A DNA stretch of 64,000 nt from Sandaracinaceae bacterium (GCA_044220955.1 JBGAQA010000013.1:45306-109305), one strand, 5' to 3'. Shown: positions 20,747 through 29,998, numbered from the stretch's first letter. Translations and numbers: made by a program. The notes: generated from the sequence alone by a model not told the origin.

Positions 20747-21289
20747 ATGGAAACGACCCAGGCGGCGGATCGTGCGATGGCGGGCTGGCTCGGCGCGCTC
20801 GGCAAGGCAGGGCTCCTCTCGGCGAGCGAGGTAGAGACCTCCACGGCCGTGGCGCAGTACGTCGTCGGCGAGGAGGCGATCGACTCGCTGCGCGCGTTCT
20901 TCGCGAGCGCGAGCCCCGAGGTCCGCGAGCGGGAGAAGAAGGCGGCGATCGAGGTCTGCATCTGGATGACGCACGCCGATCGCCAGGTCGATCCCGAGGA
21001 GGTCGCGCTGCTCCGCGAGATCATCGGACGCAGCGGCCTCTCGGCGGACGTCCAGGACGAGCTCGTGCAGAGCACGCACGAGCCGCCCTCGCTCGAGGCG
21101 ATCGAGGAGCGCCTGACGCACCCGGTCCTGCGCGAGCTGCTCCTCGCGCTCAGCTGGGAGCTCGCGTCCGTCGACGGCACCGTGGCCAAGTCCGAGCGCG
21201 ACTTCTACACGGGCCTGAGCAAGCGCCTCGGCGTCACGGCGGTGCGCGCCGCCGAGATCCAGCGCGCGATCGCCGAGCGCGTCGGGTAG
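20747..21289 (+). CDS. TerB-like (tellurite-resistance fold) protein
   Basis: HADRQVDPEE and ASVDGTV..SE TerB-type motifs. Confidence 0.7.
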   Translation: METTQAADRAMAGWLGALGKAGLLSASEVETSTAVAQYVVGEEAIDSLRAFFASASPEVREREKKAAIEVCIWMTHADRQVDPEEVALLREIIGRSGLSADVQDELVQSTHEPPSLEAIEERLTHPVLRELLLALSWELASVDGTVAKSERDFYTGLSKRLGVTAVRAAEIQRAIAERVG

Positions 21290-21292
21290 CGC

Positions 21293-21826
21293 TCACCGCC
21301 GCCGCTTCGGCGCGGGCGCGGTCGGCATGAGCAGGGCGCTCGTCACGTCGTCCCACGCGCCCTTCTCGTCCAGGACGATCGAGGTGACCCGCAGGTGCAG
21401 CACGACGCGCTCGACCTTCGAGGTCACGCCGGCCGCGCGCTTCTTGTCGAGCCGCTCGAACACCGCTTCGGTCCCGGGCACGGGGAACGGCCGCGAGACG
21501 TGTAGCGTCTTGCCGTAGCGCCGCTGACCGCCGCCCAGGCGCGTCCCGAGGTTCGAGTGCTTCGGATCGCGGACGCCGGTGCGTCGGTCGATCACCTCGG
21601 TGCAGATCATGTTGGCGTCGATCAGGTAGAGCCGGTTCAGCGTCCAGACCTCGAGCATGACGGTCGGGGTCACGTGCGGCGCGTCCCCGCTCGCCGCGTG
21701 CGTGTCGCGATCGAAGACGACCTCGAGCGGTACGATCTCCGGCGTGTCGGGGAATGCCTCGTGGAACGTCGTCCGGATGGTGTCCGCGATCGTCTTGCCG
21801 TCGGCGTCGTCGGACCAGTCGGGCAT
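21293..21826 (-). CDS. Hypothetical protein
   Basis: Typical GC3 codon bias; TATCCT 8 nt upstream of ATG 21826; LEVWTLNRLY..D..M.C.EV.DR segment. Confidence 0.7.
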   Translation of the reverse strand: MPDWSDDADGKTIADTIRTTFHEAFPDTPEIVPLEVVFDRDTHAASGDAPHVTPTVMLEVWTLNRLYLIDANMICTEVIDRRTGVRDPKHSNLGTRLGGGQRRYGKTLHVSRPFPVPGTEAVFERLDKKRAAGVTSKVERVVLHLRVTSIVLDEKGAWDDVTSALLMPTAPAPKRRR

Positions 21827-21888
21827 CGGCGCCGAGGATACACCGGGCGCGACCATGACGCGCTCGCCCCGAGCCGCTACGTTCACGC

Positions 21889-22824
21889 GTGTTGGCTCTG
21901 CGCGCGCAGCTCGATCGGGTCCGACGCCACGTCGAGGAACGGCTCGACCAGGCGTGGTCGATCGCGCGCCACCGGCTCGGGCCCCGCCCGCTCTCGGTCC
22001 CCTTCGAAGGGGAGCCGCGCTTCGCCGTGGTGACGGTGAACTACTCCACCACACGCTACCTGAAGCTGATGCTGGCGACACTCGGAGAGCAGACCGAGCG
22101 TGCGCGCATCGTGCGCATCGTCGTGGTCGACAACGGGTCGCGCGACGGGGGCATCGGCTTCGAGCGGGCGCTCGCGTCGCGCGTGGGCCGGGTGTCTCTC
22201 GTCGAGAACCGCCACTGGCTCTCGCACGCGCGCGGCGTCCGATCCGGGCTGAGGCGGCTCGACGCGCTCGAGCGGTCGCTGCCCGAGCACCGTCGCGCCA
22301 ACGTCGTCGTGTTCGTCGACACCGACGTGGTGTTCCGTGACCCGACCACGCTCGCGTGCGTCGCCGACCGGCTCAAGGCGCCGAAGGTGGCGGCGGCGGG
22401 CGAGCTCCGGCGAGGCGTCTACCCCCATCCGGAGGCGCAGGCGTCGTTCCTCGTCGTGCGTCGCGACTGCCTGGCGCGCCCCGACGTCGCGCCCTGGGTG
22501 AACCACGGCGCACCCGCGTACTGGCTTCAGCGCAGCCTCTGGCGCGCCGGCCTCGTGATCGCCGACTTCCCGAGCAACGCTGGCGGGTTCGTCCTGCACC
22601 GCGGGCGGAGCGGGGTCGCCGCCGCCGCGCGCTACCGTCCCCGCGCCGCCTACGCTTCGGTGCCGGACGTCGCGCCGCACTACATGGGTGTCGCGGACGG
22701 CGCCGCGATCTGGGCGGCGGTCGAGCGGCAATGGAGCGCGCTCGTTGACGACGACGGGCGAGCGCTCGAGCACCTCGCGCTCCGGTTCGGCTCGTCCCCC
22801 CTCGTCGAATCGACGGGTGCATGA
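21889..22824 (+). CDS. Glycosyltransferase family 2
   Basis: VVTVNY, IVVVDNGSRDG, FVDTD (DxD) motifs. Confidence 0.85.
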   Translation: MLALRAQLDRVRRHVEERLDQAWSIARHRLGPRPLSVPFEGEPRFAVVTVNYSTTRYLKLMLATLGEQTERARIVRIVVVDNGSRDGGIGFERALASRVGRVSLVENRHWLSHARGVRSGLRRLDALERSLPEHRRANVVVFVDTDVVFRDPTTLACVADRLKAPKVAAAGELRRGVYPHPEAQASFLVVRRDCLARPDVAPWVNHGAPAYWLQRSLWRAGLVIADFPSNAGGFVLHRGRSGVAAAARYRPRAAYASVPDVAPHYMGVADGAAIWAAVERQWSALVDDDGRALEHLALRFGSSPLVESTGA

Positions 22825-22854
22825 ACATCGGCTAAATTCGCAATGAGGTCATCC

Positions 22855-23832
22855 ATGAACACACGTTTGCTTTTCTTCCCGCTATGCTCGCTGACCCTGG
22901 GGCTCATGGGCTGTCCTGCGCCGAGCGATGCGCCCGACGCCTTCGTCGGCCAAGACGGCGGGCCCATGATCGACATGGGGCCGGGCCGCGACACGGGCCC
23001 CGGGCGCGACATGGGGCCGATGCCCGACATGGGCCTCGACGCGGGCACCGACGCTGCCGTCACCGACGCGTACGTTCCGCCCGACGCTTTCGATCCGGCC
23101 TGCAGCACGACCTGCGACGACGGCAACGCGTGCAACGGAGCCGAGACGTGTGATGGGACGACGGGGACCTGCGTGCCAGGCGTCGCCCTCGTGTGCGACG
23201 ACTCGATGGCCTGCACGACCGATAGCTGTGATCCCGTGGCCGGCTGCGTGCACGTCACGCCCGACACCGACACGGACGGCGACGACGACTGCAGCGACTG
23301 CGCGCCGACCGACCCCGCGCGCCACCACGGCGCGACCGAGATCTGCAACAGCCTCGACGACGACTGCGATCTCGGGATCGACGAGTCCGTCGCGGGCGCG
23401 TTCTACGCCGACTGCGACGGCGACGGATTCGCGACGATCGGCGCCGCCGTCTCGACCGGCTGCGTCGCGCCCCCGCCCGCCGACACCGGCTGCGGCACCA
23501 CCGCCGAGGCGTGGACGCCCACGATGGCCACCGCTTCGGACTGGGACTGCGCCGACGACGAGCCGGCCGCGCACTCGCACGTCTCGACCTTCCACACGAC
23601 GGCGATCGCGAGCGCGCCCGATCCCTCGGTCGACTTCGACTACGACTGCGACTTCGCCGAGACGCCTGAGTTCCCCTCGCAGGGCTCCTGCGTCATGGGT
23701 ACGACGTGCGTGCTCACGATGGGCTGGGCGCTGGCCGCCATCCCCGACTGCGGCGAGACCGGCGCGTTCGTCACGGCGTGCGGTACAGGCTGCGCGCCCA
23801 CCACGTCGAGCCGCACGCAAGGCTGCCACTGA
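22855..23832 (+). CDS. Cys/Asp-rich lipoprotein with putative metal-binding repeats
   Basis: LTLGLMGC lipobox; CDDGNACNGAETC, DCAP.DP..H.GATEICN.LDDDCD..IDE, FYADCDGDG. Confidence 0.85.
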   Translation: MNTRLLFFPLCSLTLGLMGCPAPSDAPDAFVGQDGGPMIDMGPGRDTGPGRDMGPMPDMGLDAGTDAAVTDAYVPPDAFDPACSTTCDDGNACNGAETCDGTTGTCVPGVALVCDDSMACTTDSCDPVAGCVHVTPDTDTDGDDDCSDCAPTDPARHHGATEICNSLDDDCDLGIDESVAGAFYADCDGDGFATIGAAVSTGCVAPPPADTGCGTTAEAWTPTMATASDWDCADDEPAAHSHVSTFHTTAIASAPDPSVDFDYDCDFAETPEFPSQGSCVMGTTCVLTMGWALAAIPDCGETGAFVTACGTGCAPTTSSRTQGCH

Positions 23833-23852
23833 CGGAAGCCGAGCGCGCGGCG

Positions 23853-24239
23853 ATGCCTCGTCTCCGCGCGCTCGCATCGTATCTGGCAGCGCGCGCGTGG
23901 ATCGCGCGCCACTACGCGGCGACGCCGCTCGACGATCTGCTCGGCGCGATCGATCGCCGCCCCAGCCGGGCACGGTCGCGCGACGACGTGCTCGGAGCGA
24001 TCCGGCTCGCCGAGCCCATCGCGCGGCGCGCGCGCCTCGGGCCGGACACGTGTCTGTTCCGGGCGCTCGCGCGCTATGCGTCGTTCAAGCGCGCCGGCCT
24101 CCCGGTGCGGTTCGTGATGGCCGTCGACGAGGACGACGACCGCGTCGGGCACGCTTGGGTCGAGCTCGACGGAGTGCCCCAGCTGGAGGACGATCTACGG
24201 CGGTACCGACGGACGCTGCAGCACCCGTCCCGCGCGTGA
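23853..24239 (+). CDS. Lasso-peptide B2-type leader peptidase (transglutaminase-like)
   Basis: TCLFRALA.Y..F...G.PVRFVMAV......GHAWVELDG, with Cys/His/acidic triad; start could be slightly upstream. Confidence 0.85.
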   Translation: MPRLRALASYLAARAWIARHYAATPLDDLLGAIDRRPSRARSRDDVLGAIRLAEPIARRARLGPDTCLFRALARYASFKRAGLPVRFVMAVDEDDDRVGHAWVELDGVPQLEDDLRRYRRTLQHPSRA

Positions 24240-25055
24240 GCGCCCGCCGCGGACCACGTGGGCCGCGAGCGAGCGAAGCCCCGCGGCCGCGCTCCGGTTC
24301 AGCAGGTGTACCGCCGGCGCACCCAGCGGGTGGTTGCCCGCAAAGCGCCCGAGCCAGCGCCGAGAGAGGCGCGCCATCGCGTCGCCGCGTGGATCGGGCT
24401 CGAGCGCCGCGAGCACCGCGCGAGCGAACGCGTCGTCGGCCTCCGACGCGATGCCGAGGGCGAGCCGCGCCGCGCGACCGAGCCCGAGCCGCTCGAGGTG
24501 CCGCGCCAGGACGAGGGGCTCCATCGGGAGCGCGCGCGCGACGAGCGCCAGGTCGGCGACGTGGCGGCGGTCCCGAGCATCGGATCGCCCGCGCACGAAG
24601 TGGGCGACGAGGTGTGCGTAGAGGTCGTGTCGCTCGAGCATCCTCACCGAGCGCCCGAAATGGATCTCCGCCGGCAACGCGCGCGCGATGAGCGCATCCA
24701 CGTCGAGGGCGAAGAGCTCCGGCTCGACGAGCCGCTCGTGCAGATCCACGTCCATCCCCAGCGCGGGATCGCGGAGCGTCGTCGCGATGGACGTCTCGGC
24801 GACGAGGACGAGGCCGAGCCCACGGAGCGCCGCGATCGACGCGCTTCGTGATGCCGGTGATACGAGCAGGTCGATGTCGCTCATCCAGCGCGGTGGGGCG
24901 GGCGGATCGAGGCGCTCACCGAGCGCCGACAGGACGAGGCCCTTGAGGGCGATCGGGGCGATGTCGCGGGCTGCGAGCGCCGTCGCCGCCCGGGCCAGGA
25001 GCGCGCGGCCCGTGAGCACACGCTCGGCGGCGCGGAGGTCCTGCTCGTCGCTCAT
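24195..25055 (-). CDS. Nucleotidyltransferase of the type found in lasso/RiPP loci (NTP_transf_5-like)
   Basis: LKGLVLS...PRWMSDIDLLV...VDLH...HLVAH...VADL. Confidence 0.82.
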   Translation of the reverse strand: MSDEQDLRAAERVLTGRALLARAATALAARDIAPIALKGLVLSALGERLDPPAPPRWMSDIDLLVSPASRSASIAALRGLGLVLVAETSIATTLRDPALGMDVDLHERLVEPELFALDVDALIARALPAEIHFGRSVRMLERHDLYAHLVAHFVRGRSDARDRRHVADLALVARALPMEPLVLARHLERLGLGRAARLALGIASEADDAFARAVLAALEPDPRGDAMARLSRRWLGRFAGNHPLGAPAVHLLNRSAAAGLRSLAAHVVRGGRSRAGRVLQRPSVPP

Positions 25056-25070
25056 GAATGGTGCCTTCCA

Positions 25071-25102
25071 TTGACACAACCAACCCCTCCGTGCAGAGTC
25101 AA
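25071..25102. promoter_or_regulatory. Divergent promoter region: TTGACA (-35) on the + strand and inverted TTGACT on the - strand
   Basis: TTGACA at 25071-25076, 17 nt, CAGAGT at 25094-25099; GTCAA at 25098-25102 is the inverse of TTGAC; lies in the 53-bp gap between NTase and precursor. Confidence 0.5.
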
Positions 25103-25108
25103 CGGCCG

Positions 25109-25273
25109 ATGTTCACGGACGAGAAGACGGAAGTCGCGCCGAAGAGCGCCGATTCGACTTCGACCAAGCGCGCTCCGTACGAGCCGCCCCGCGTCGAGCG
25201 TCGCGTCCCGCTTCACCGTCACACGCTCCAGGGCCCGCAGACGTCGGGCAGCGAGAGCGTCTTTCCTCCGTGA
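25109..25273 (+). CDS. Putative RiPP precursor peptide (54 aa) with lasso-type leader
   Basis: MFTDEKTEVAPKSADSTSTKRAPYEPPRVERRVPLHRHTL-QGPQTSGSESVFPP; YxxPxV motif and Thr at -2; next to B2, RREs and rSAM. Confidence 0.75.
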   Translation: MFTDEKTEVAPKSADSTSTKRAPYEPPRVERRVPLHRHTLQGPQTSGSESVFPP

Positions 25274-25300
25274 TCGCCACGTCCAGGGCGGTCTGACGCC

Positions 25301-26338
25301 ATGCGTCGCGTGGGCTTGCATCTCACCGACCGGTGCCAGCTCGACTGCGACCACTGCCTGCGCGACCCCGGCCGGGAGCCGCTCGATCTGGCGTTCGCGA
25401 CGATCGAGATGGTGCTGGTCGAGGCGTCGCGGAGCCTCGGCATCGCTCGCGTCTCGCTGACGGGTGGCGAGCCGACGCTCCATCCGCGCTTCACCGACGT
25501 GCTCGACCTCGTCGTGTCGCTCGGCATGCGCTGGGACATGGTGTCCAACGGCCGGCGCTTCGATCGCGTCGCGCGCTGGCTCGAGGAGCGGCCCGCGCGC
25601 CGTGATGCCTGCGAGAGCGTCGCCTTGAGCATGGACGGCGCTTCGGACTCGACCCATGACGCCATCCGCGGCTCGGGACAGCGTCGCGAGGTGCTGGGCG
25701 CGATGGCGATCCTCGTGGATCTCGGCGTTCCCTTCGAGGTCACGGCGGCGGTCCACGCCCGGAACGCGCACGAGATCCCGGCTATCGCCGAGGAGGCGGC
25801 GGCGCTCGGCGCCTCCGCCGTTCGCTTCGTGATGACCCAGCCGACGGGCACCCCGCTCGACGCGGGTCTGGCGCTGTCGGCGAGCGCCTGGCGCGAGATC
25901 CGCGAGCGGATCGCCGCGCTCCAAGGGCGCGCTCCGATCCCGGTCCTCACGGGGGTGGGCTGGCCGGAGGCGCACGCCGAGACGTGCGCACCGCTGCGCG
26001 GTGACACGCTGCACATCGACCCGCGCGGGCGCCTGACCCTGTGCTGCCAGCACGCCGGGCTGCCGGCGCCGGCTCAAGATCTCACCGTCGTGGGCAGCGC
26101 CGAACGAGGTCTGGCACCTCTGCTGGCGCCATGGGCAGCCGCGCGGCGCGACGCGGCCGAGGCTGGCGCGCTCGAGGGCAGCTGGGCCGCCTTTCGGTGC
26201 AACGGCTGCCTGGCGCGCTTCGGCCGGCCTCACTGGACGGACCAGGGGGTTTCGGGCACGCTGGCCGTCAGGGAGCGTTGGCGGGGAGATGTGGAGCGAT
26301 CCACCCTTCTCGGGCGCTCCCTGAAGGTTCTGACCTGA
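25301..26338 (+). CDS. Radical SAM enzyme with SPASM/twitch-like C-terminus
   Basis: CQLDCDHC, LTGGEPTLHP, SMDGA....HDAIRG; C-terminal C...LHIDPRGRLTLCC...CNGC. Confidence 0.92.
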   Translation: MRRVGLHLTDRCQLDCDHCLRDPGREPLDLAFATIEMVLVEASRSLGIARVSLTGGEPTLHPRFTDVLDLVVSLGMRWDMVSNGRRFDRVARWLEERPARRDACESVALSMDGASDSTHDAIRGSGQRREVLGAMAILVDLGVPFEVTAAVHARNAHEIPAIAEEAAALGASAVRFVMTQPTGTPLDAGLALSASAWREIRERIAALQGRAPIPVLTGVGWPEAHAETCAPLRGDTLHIDPRGRLTLCCQHAGLPAPAQDLTVVGSAERGLAPLLAPWAAARRDAAEAGALEGSWAAFRCNGCLARFGRPHWTDQGVSGTLAVRERWRGDVERSTLLGRSLKVLT

Positions 26339-26393
26339 GCGTCTGAACACATCGGCTTGTTCGCGCAACAGCGCGTCTTGGAGGAATGCATCC

Positions 26394-28502
26394 ATGATGA
26401 TCCACACCAGCGAGAGCTCCGCACGTCGTGCGCGGGCGTGCCTCATCGTGGCGAGCGCCCTGCTTGCGGGCGTGGGGGGTTGTGTCGGTCAGGAGCCCGA
26501 GGCGCCGCGACCCGTCCAGCCTCGGATCCAGGAAGAGCTGCCGATCGTCCAGATCGTGCTCGGCGAGTTCGACGGGCAGGAGCTCACGTTCCGCACGCTG
26601 CAGCCGGACGAGATCCGCGACGGCATGCAGGGGCGCGGAGACGGCGCGGTGGTGGAGGCGCTGAGCGCGATCCCCAGCGTGTCGTGCAGCACCGGGTGCA
26701 CCGGCGCGAGCTACGTTTCGTTCTCGAACGTCAGCAGTCCGGCCTCGTGGAGCGCGCGCCTCACGAGCGGCAGCGACGCGGCGGGGTACACGCCGTGGGC
26801 GACGAACACCTCTGCGGGCAACTGCCCGAGCGCCCCCGCTGCGGGCACGGCCGGCCTCTGTGCTCAGATCCGCGCCCGCAGCACCTACGCCGGCCAGCAG
26901 CTCGAGCGCGCGTACGTCGACTTCACGAGCCTCACGGTGTCGGGCATGACGACGGCGATCTCGATGCCGAGCCAGCCCTTCAACGCCACCTCGGACTTCG
27001 GTGTCAGCCCGACGCTGACGAACGGCCTGCGCCGCATCGGCGAGATCGGCAGGGGAACCACGGCCCTCACGTCGGGGGGTGTCACGCAGTACTGGACGTG
27101 GACGGGCACGACCACCTCCACCGGCGTCATCACCTTCCGCTTCGCCGTCGCGGTGCGCGGGGTTCTCGTCAACCCGACCCAGCGCGCGAGCCTCGCCACG
27201 GGCCAGATCGACGATCCGGCGAGCGACTATCCTGCGCGGACGGCCGTGACGCCTTCCGCGGCCGCGTCCTCGGCGACCTCGATCTCCGACGACGGCAACA
27301 CCGTCGTGTTCGCGACGAGCGCGGGCATCGCGGTGCGGACCGTCTCCACGGGCGCGACGACCACGGGCATCGGCTGCGCGGGAGCCATCAACCCGCACAT
27401 CTCCGGCGACGGGTCGACGCTGGTGTTCCAGGGCCGCTGTGCCGGGGCTGTCGGGACGAGCGGGACGCCGACCACGAACCAGGTCTACGCGTACAGCATC
27501 GGCTCCGGTGTGCTCACGCTCGTCTCGCGCACCGCCGCCGGCGGCTATGCAGACGGCGCGAGCACCGCGCCGCGCGTGAGCAACACGGGCTCGATCGTCG
27601 TCTTCCAGAGCACCGCGACCACGCTCAACCTCCCGAGCATGCAGCCGGTCAGCGGCTGCCCCGAGGCGTACCGCTACGACCTCTCGATCGACGAGATGAC
27701 GCACGTGAGCGCCATCCAGTTCTCCGACCCGGCCGATCCGGCGTCTTGGACGGGCGCGGGCTGCAACGCGTTCAATCCCGCCGGGCAGGCCCCGGACGTC
27801 AGCGGCGACGGGAACCTCGTCGCCTACCATGGCGTCCGGGCGCTCGATCCGGCGGACACGAACGGCGTCGTGGACGTGTACGTCTACGACTACTCCGCGT
27901 CGCAGGGCGCCGGTGTCGCCGCCCTCTTCCGCGTGCAGGGCAGCTCGCCCTGCCAGAGCGCGTCGCTCTCGGCCGACGGGGCTCGCATCGCGTTCGCCTG
28001 CGGCGCTGCCAGCGTGCGGCAGATCTACAGTGGCAGCTCGGCCGAGGGGAACACCTCGTTCGCCCAGGTCTCGCTGACCCCGACCGGTGGTCCCCCGGGC
28101 GCGGCGACCGCGGGCGTGCCGGCGATCTCGAGCACGGGACGCTTCGTCGCGTTCTGGAGCTCCGCCAACGCGCTCTCGGCCGCCGGCAGCTGGTCGGTCG
28201 GCGCCACCTCGCAGGTCTACGTCTGCGACACGGGCGCGCCCATCATGTCGCTCCATCGCTGCTGGGCCGCGAGCGTCCTCGAGCCCACGGCGGCCGGCGG
28301 GACGTTCTCGCCGCTCTCGGGCAACGTCGTTCCGTCGACCCGCATCGAGCTGAGCTACCCGAGCGACAGCGACGCAGGCTACGTCGCGTACACGACCACC
28401 ACCGCCCCGCCCGCTGCCTGGGGCTCCCTCGCCGGGACCAACGCCGTCCTCGTCAGCCCCATCGGCGACCCGCGCTACCAGCAGCCGACGTCGACTCCCT
28501 GA
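26394..28502 (+). CDS. Large Ser/Thr-rich lipoprotein with TolB/PD40-like beta-propeller
   Basis: LLAGVGGC lipobox; ISDDGNTVVF, ISGDGSTLVF, VSGDGNLVAY, DTNGVVDVYVYD, ISSTGRFVAF repeats. Confidence 0.85.
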   Translation: MMIHTSESSARRARACLIVASALLAGVGGCVGQEPEAPRPVQPRIQEELPIVQIVLGEFDGQELTFRTLQPDEIRDGMQGRGDGAVVEALSAIPSVSCSTGCTGASYVSFSNVSSPASWSARLTSGSDAAGYTPWATNTSAGNCPSAPAAGTAGLCAQIRARSTYAGQQLERAYVDFTSLTVSGMTTAISMPSQPFNATSDFGVSPTLTNGLRRIGEIGRGTTALTSGGVTQYWTWTGTTTSTGVITFRFAVAVRGVLVNPTQRASLATGQIDDPASDYPARTAVTPSAAASSATSISDDGNTVVFATSAGIAVRTVSTGATTTGIGCAGAINPHISGDGSTLVFQGRCAGAVGTSGTPTTNQVYAYSIGSGVLTLVSRTAAGGYADGASTAPRVSNTGSIVVFQSTATTLNLPSMQPVSGCPEAYRYDLSIDEMTHVSAIQFSDPADPASWTGAGCNAFNPAGQAPDVSGDGNLVAYHGVRALDPADTNGVVDVYVYDYSASQGAGVAALFRVQGSSPCQSASLSADGARIAFACGAASVRQIYSGSSAEGNTSFAQVSLTPTGGPPGAATAGVPAISSTGRFVAFWSSANALSAAGSWSVGATSQVYVCDTGAPIMSLHRCWAASVLEPTAAGGTFSPLSGNVVPSTRIELSYPSDSDAGYVAYTTTTAPPAAWGSLAGTNAVLVSPIGDPRYQQPTSTP

Positions 28503-28509
28503 GCGCGCC

Positions 28510-28791
28510 GTGACCGGTGCCCCGCGCTGGCGAGCCTCGCCGCGCGCGATCCACACTCGGACGCCGCGGGGCGGGGTCGTGCTCGACCCCGTCTCGAAGG
28601 CGTACTTCGCGCTCAACGCGAGCGCGGAGGTGATCTGGCGGATCCTCGAGACGGGCGCCACGGCGCAGGAGCTCGCGGACGCGCTCTGTCGCGAGTTCGA
28701 GGTCAGCTCCGAGATCGCGCGAGCCGACGTCGCGGCCTGCATCGCCGAGCTCGAGGCGAACGCGCTCGTACACGTCGATGCCGCGCGGTGA
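28510..28791 (+). CDS. PqqD family RiPP recognition element (RRE)
   Basis: VVLD.....YFALNASA..IW..L.......ELADAL..EFEV..E.A.ADV....EL....LV. Confidence 0.9.
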   Translation: MTGAPRWRASPRAIHTRTPRGGVVLDPVSKAYFALNASAEVIWRILETGATAQELADALCREFEVSSEIARADVAACIAELEANALVHVDAAR

Positions 28792-29701
28792 GTCCCAGCT
28801 CGGCCCGCTCCGCGTCACGTGGGAGGTCCCCGACGAGATGCCCGAGGCCGCCGGGGGCCTCGAGCACCTGGCGCCCGGCGCGGACCTCGCGCCCGCGGTC
28901 CGCTGGGAGATCGAGCTCGGCGCGCCGGGCCCGCTGCCCGACGCCCACGATGCGTTCTTCGGCGACGTTCGCGTCCAGCTCGGCGCGGACGCCGTCCGCG
29001 TCGTCAGCCCCGACGCGGATCTGCGCGTCGACGGCGGAGGTGTCCGCGGCCGCGTCCGGGCCCGCGCGTCGCTGCCCGCGTCGATCGCCCTCCATGCGCT
29101 CGCCGCCCACGCCGGGCTGACGCACCTGCACGCGGCCGTGGTGCAGCTCGGAGACCTGACGATCCTCGCGCCCGGCGGATCGGGCGCCGGCAAGACCAGC
29201 CTCGCGCTCGCCGTCGCCGGGGCGGGGGGCGAGCTCTTGACCGACGACGTGGTGTACGTCGACGGCAGCGGCATCGCCGAGCCGGTGCGCCGTCCGCCGC
29301 ACGTCACGGAGGACACGCGGGCGCGCTTCGCGCTCCGAGCGCTCGGTCCGGTGAAGGACGGCCTGCTCCCGAAGCAGCGTGTCCCCGCTCCGCGCGGGGG
29401 CCCGGCGCCGCGCGCACGCATCGACCGCCTGGTGTTCCCCGAGATCGCGCGGGTCGGCGTGACGCGCATGGCGCCGATCGACGACGTGGACGTCTTTCGG
29501 GGACTGCTCGCGTCGAGCGCGTTCGCGATGCTCGAGGGCGCTCCTGGCAGGGAGTCGATGCTCGACACGCTGGCGGCGCTCGCGGAGCTCCCGGCGGCAC
29601 GGCTGCTCGCGGGGCCGGACGCGCTGGCGACGCCGGCCGTCCTGGTGGACACGCTGCGCCGCTGGCTCGCCGATCCGGCGCTCACCCGTGCGCGTCGATG
29701 A
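28778..29701 (+). CDS. HPr-kinase-related P-loop kinase
   Basis: HLHAAVV, GGSGAGKTS Walker A, LLTDDVV. Confidence 0.85.
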   Translation: MPRGESQLGPLRVTWEVPDEMPEAAGGLEHLAPGADLAPAVRWEIELGAPGPLPDAHDAFFGDVRVQLGADAVRVVSPDADLRVDGGGVRGRVRARASLPASIALHALAAHAGLTHLHAAVVQLGDLTILAPGGSGAGKTSLALAVAGAGGELLTDDVVYVDGSGIAEPVRRPPHVTEDTRARFALRALGPVKDGLLPKQRVPAPRGGPAPRARIDRLVFPEIARVGVTRMAPIDDVDVFRGLLASSAFAMLEGAPGRESMLDTLAALAELPAARLLAGPDALATPAVLVDTLRRWLADPALTRARR

Positions 29702-29963
29702 GCGCGTCGGCCTCGAGGTCGGCGAGGAAGGCGACGACGTCGCGGGCGAGCTCTGCTTCGGGGACGTCGAGCTCCGATCGAATGATCGCGACGATCTCCG
29801 CGCTCGTGCGCCCGCCCAGCAGCTCCCACACGCGCGCGCCCATCTCGTTGAGGACGCGCGCCTCGAGCGAGGGCACGCGCACCACGATCATGCGCCCATG
29901 CACACGTCGCGCGATCACGCGCTTGGCGAGCCGCCACCGCCGGGTCACGCACGCACATTGCAC
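29682..29963 (-). CDS. Second PqqD family RRE protein
   Basis: VLNEMGARVWELL.G.T..EIV..I..E.DV....L.RDV..FL.DL....LI. Confidence 0.88.
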   Translation of the reverse strand: MQCACVTRRWRLAKRVIARRVHGRMIVVRVPSLEARVLNEMGARVWELLGGRTSAEIVAIIRSELDVPEAELARDVVAFLADLEADALIDAHG

Positions 29964-29998
29964 CCCGCGAGCCGCGCTGCCAACGTCGCCGCTGCATC

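Noticed and set aside
22955..23050. Short tandem repeats (GPGRDTGPGRDMGP) and similar Asp-Ala-Gly linkers at 40130-40380
   Set aside because: Ordinary low-complexity linkers of myxobacterial lipoproteins, not independent repeat elements.
25301..29963. PQQ biosynthesis operon (PqqD plus PqqE-like rSAM)
   Set aside because: No pqqB or pqqC, and the peptide lacks the PqqA E-x-x-x-Y motif.
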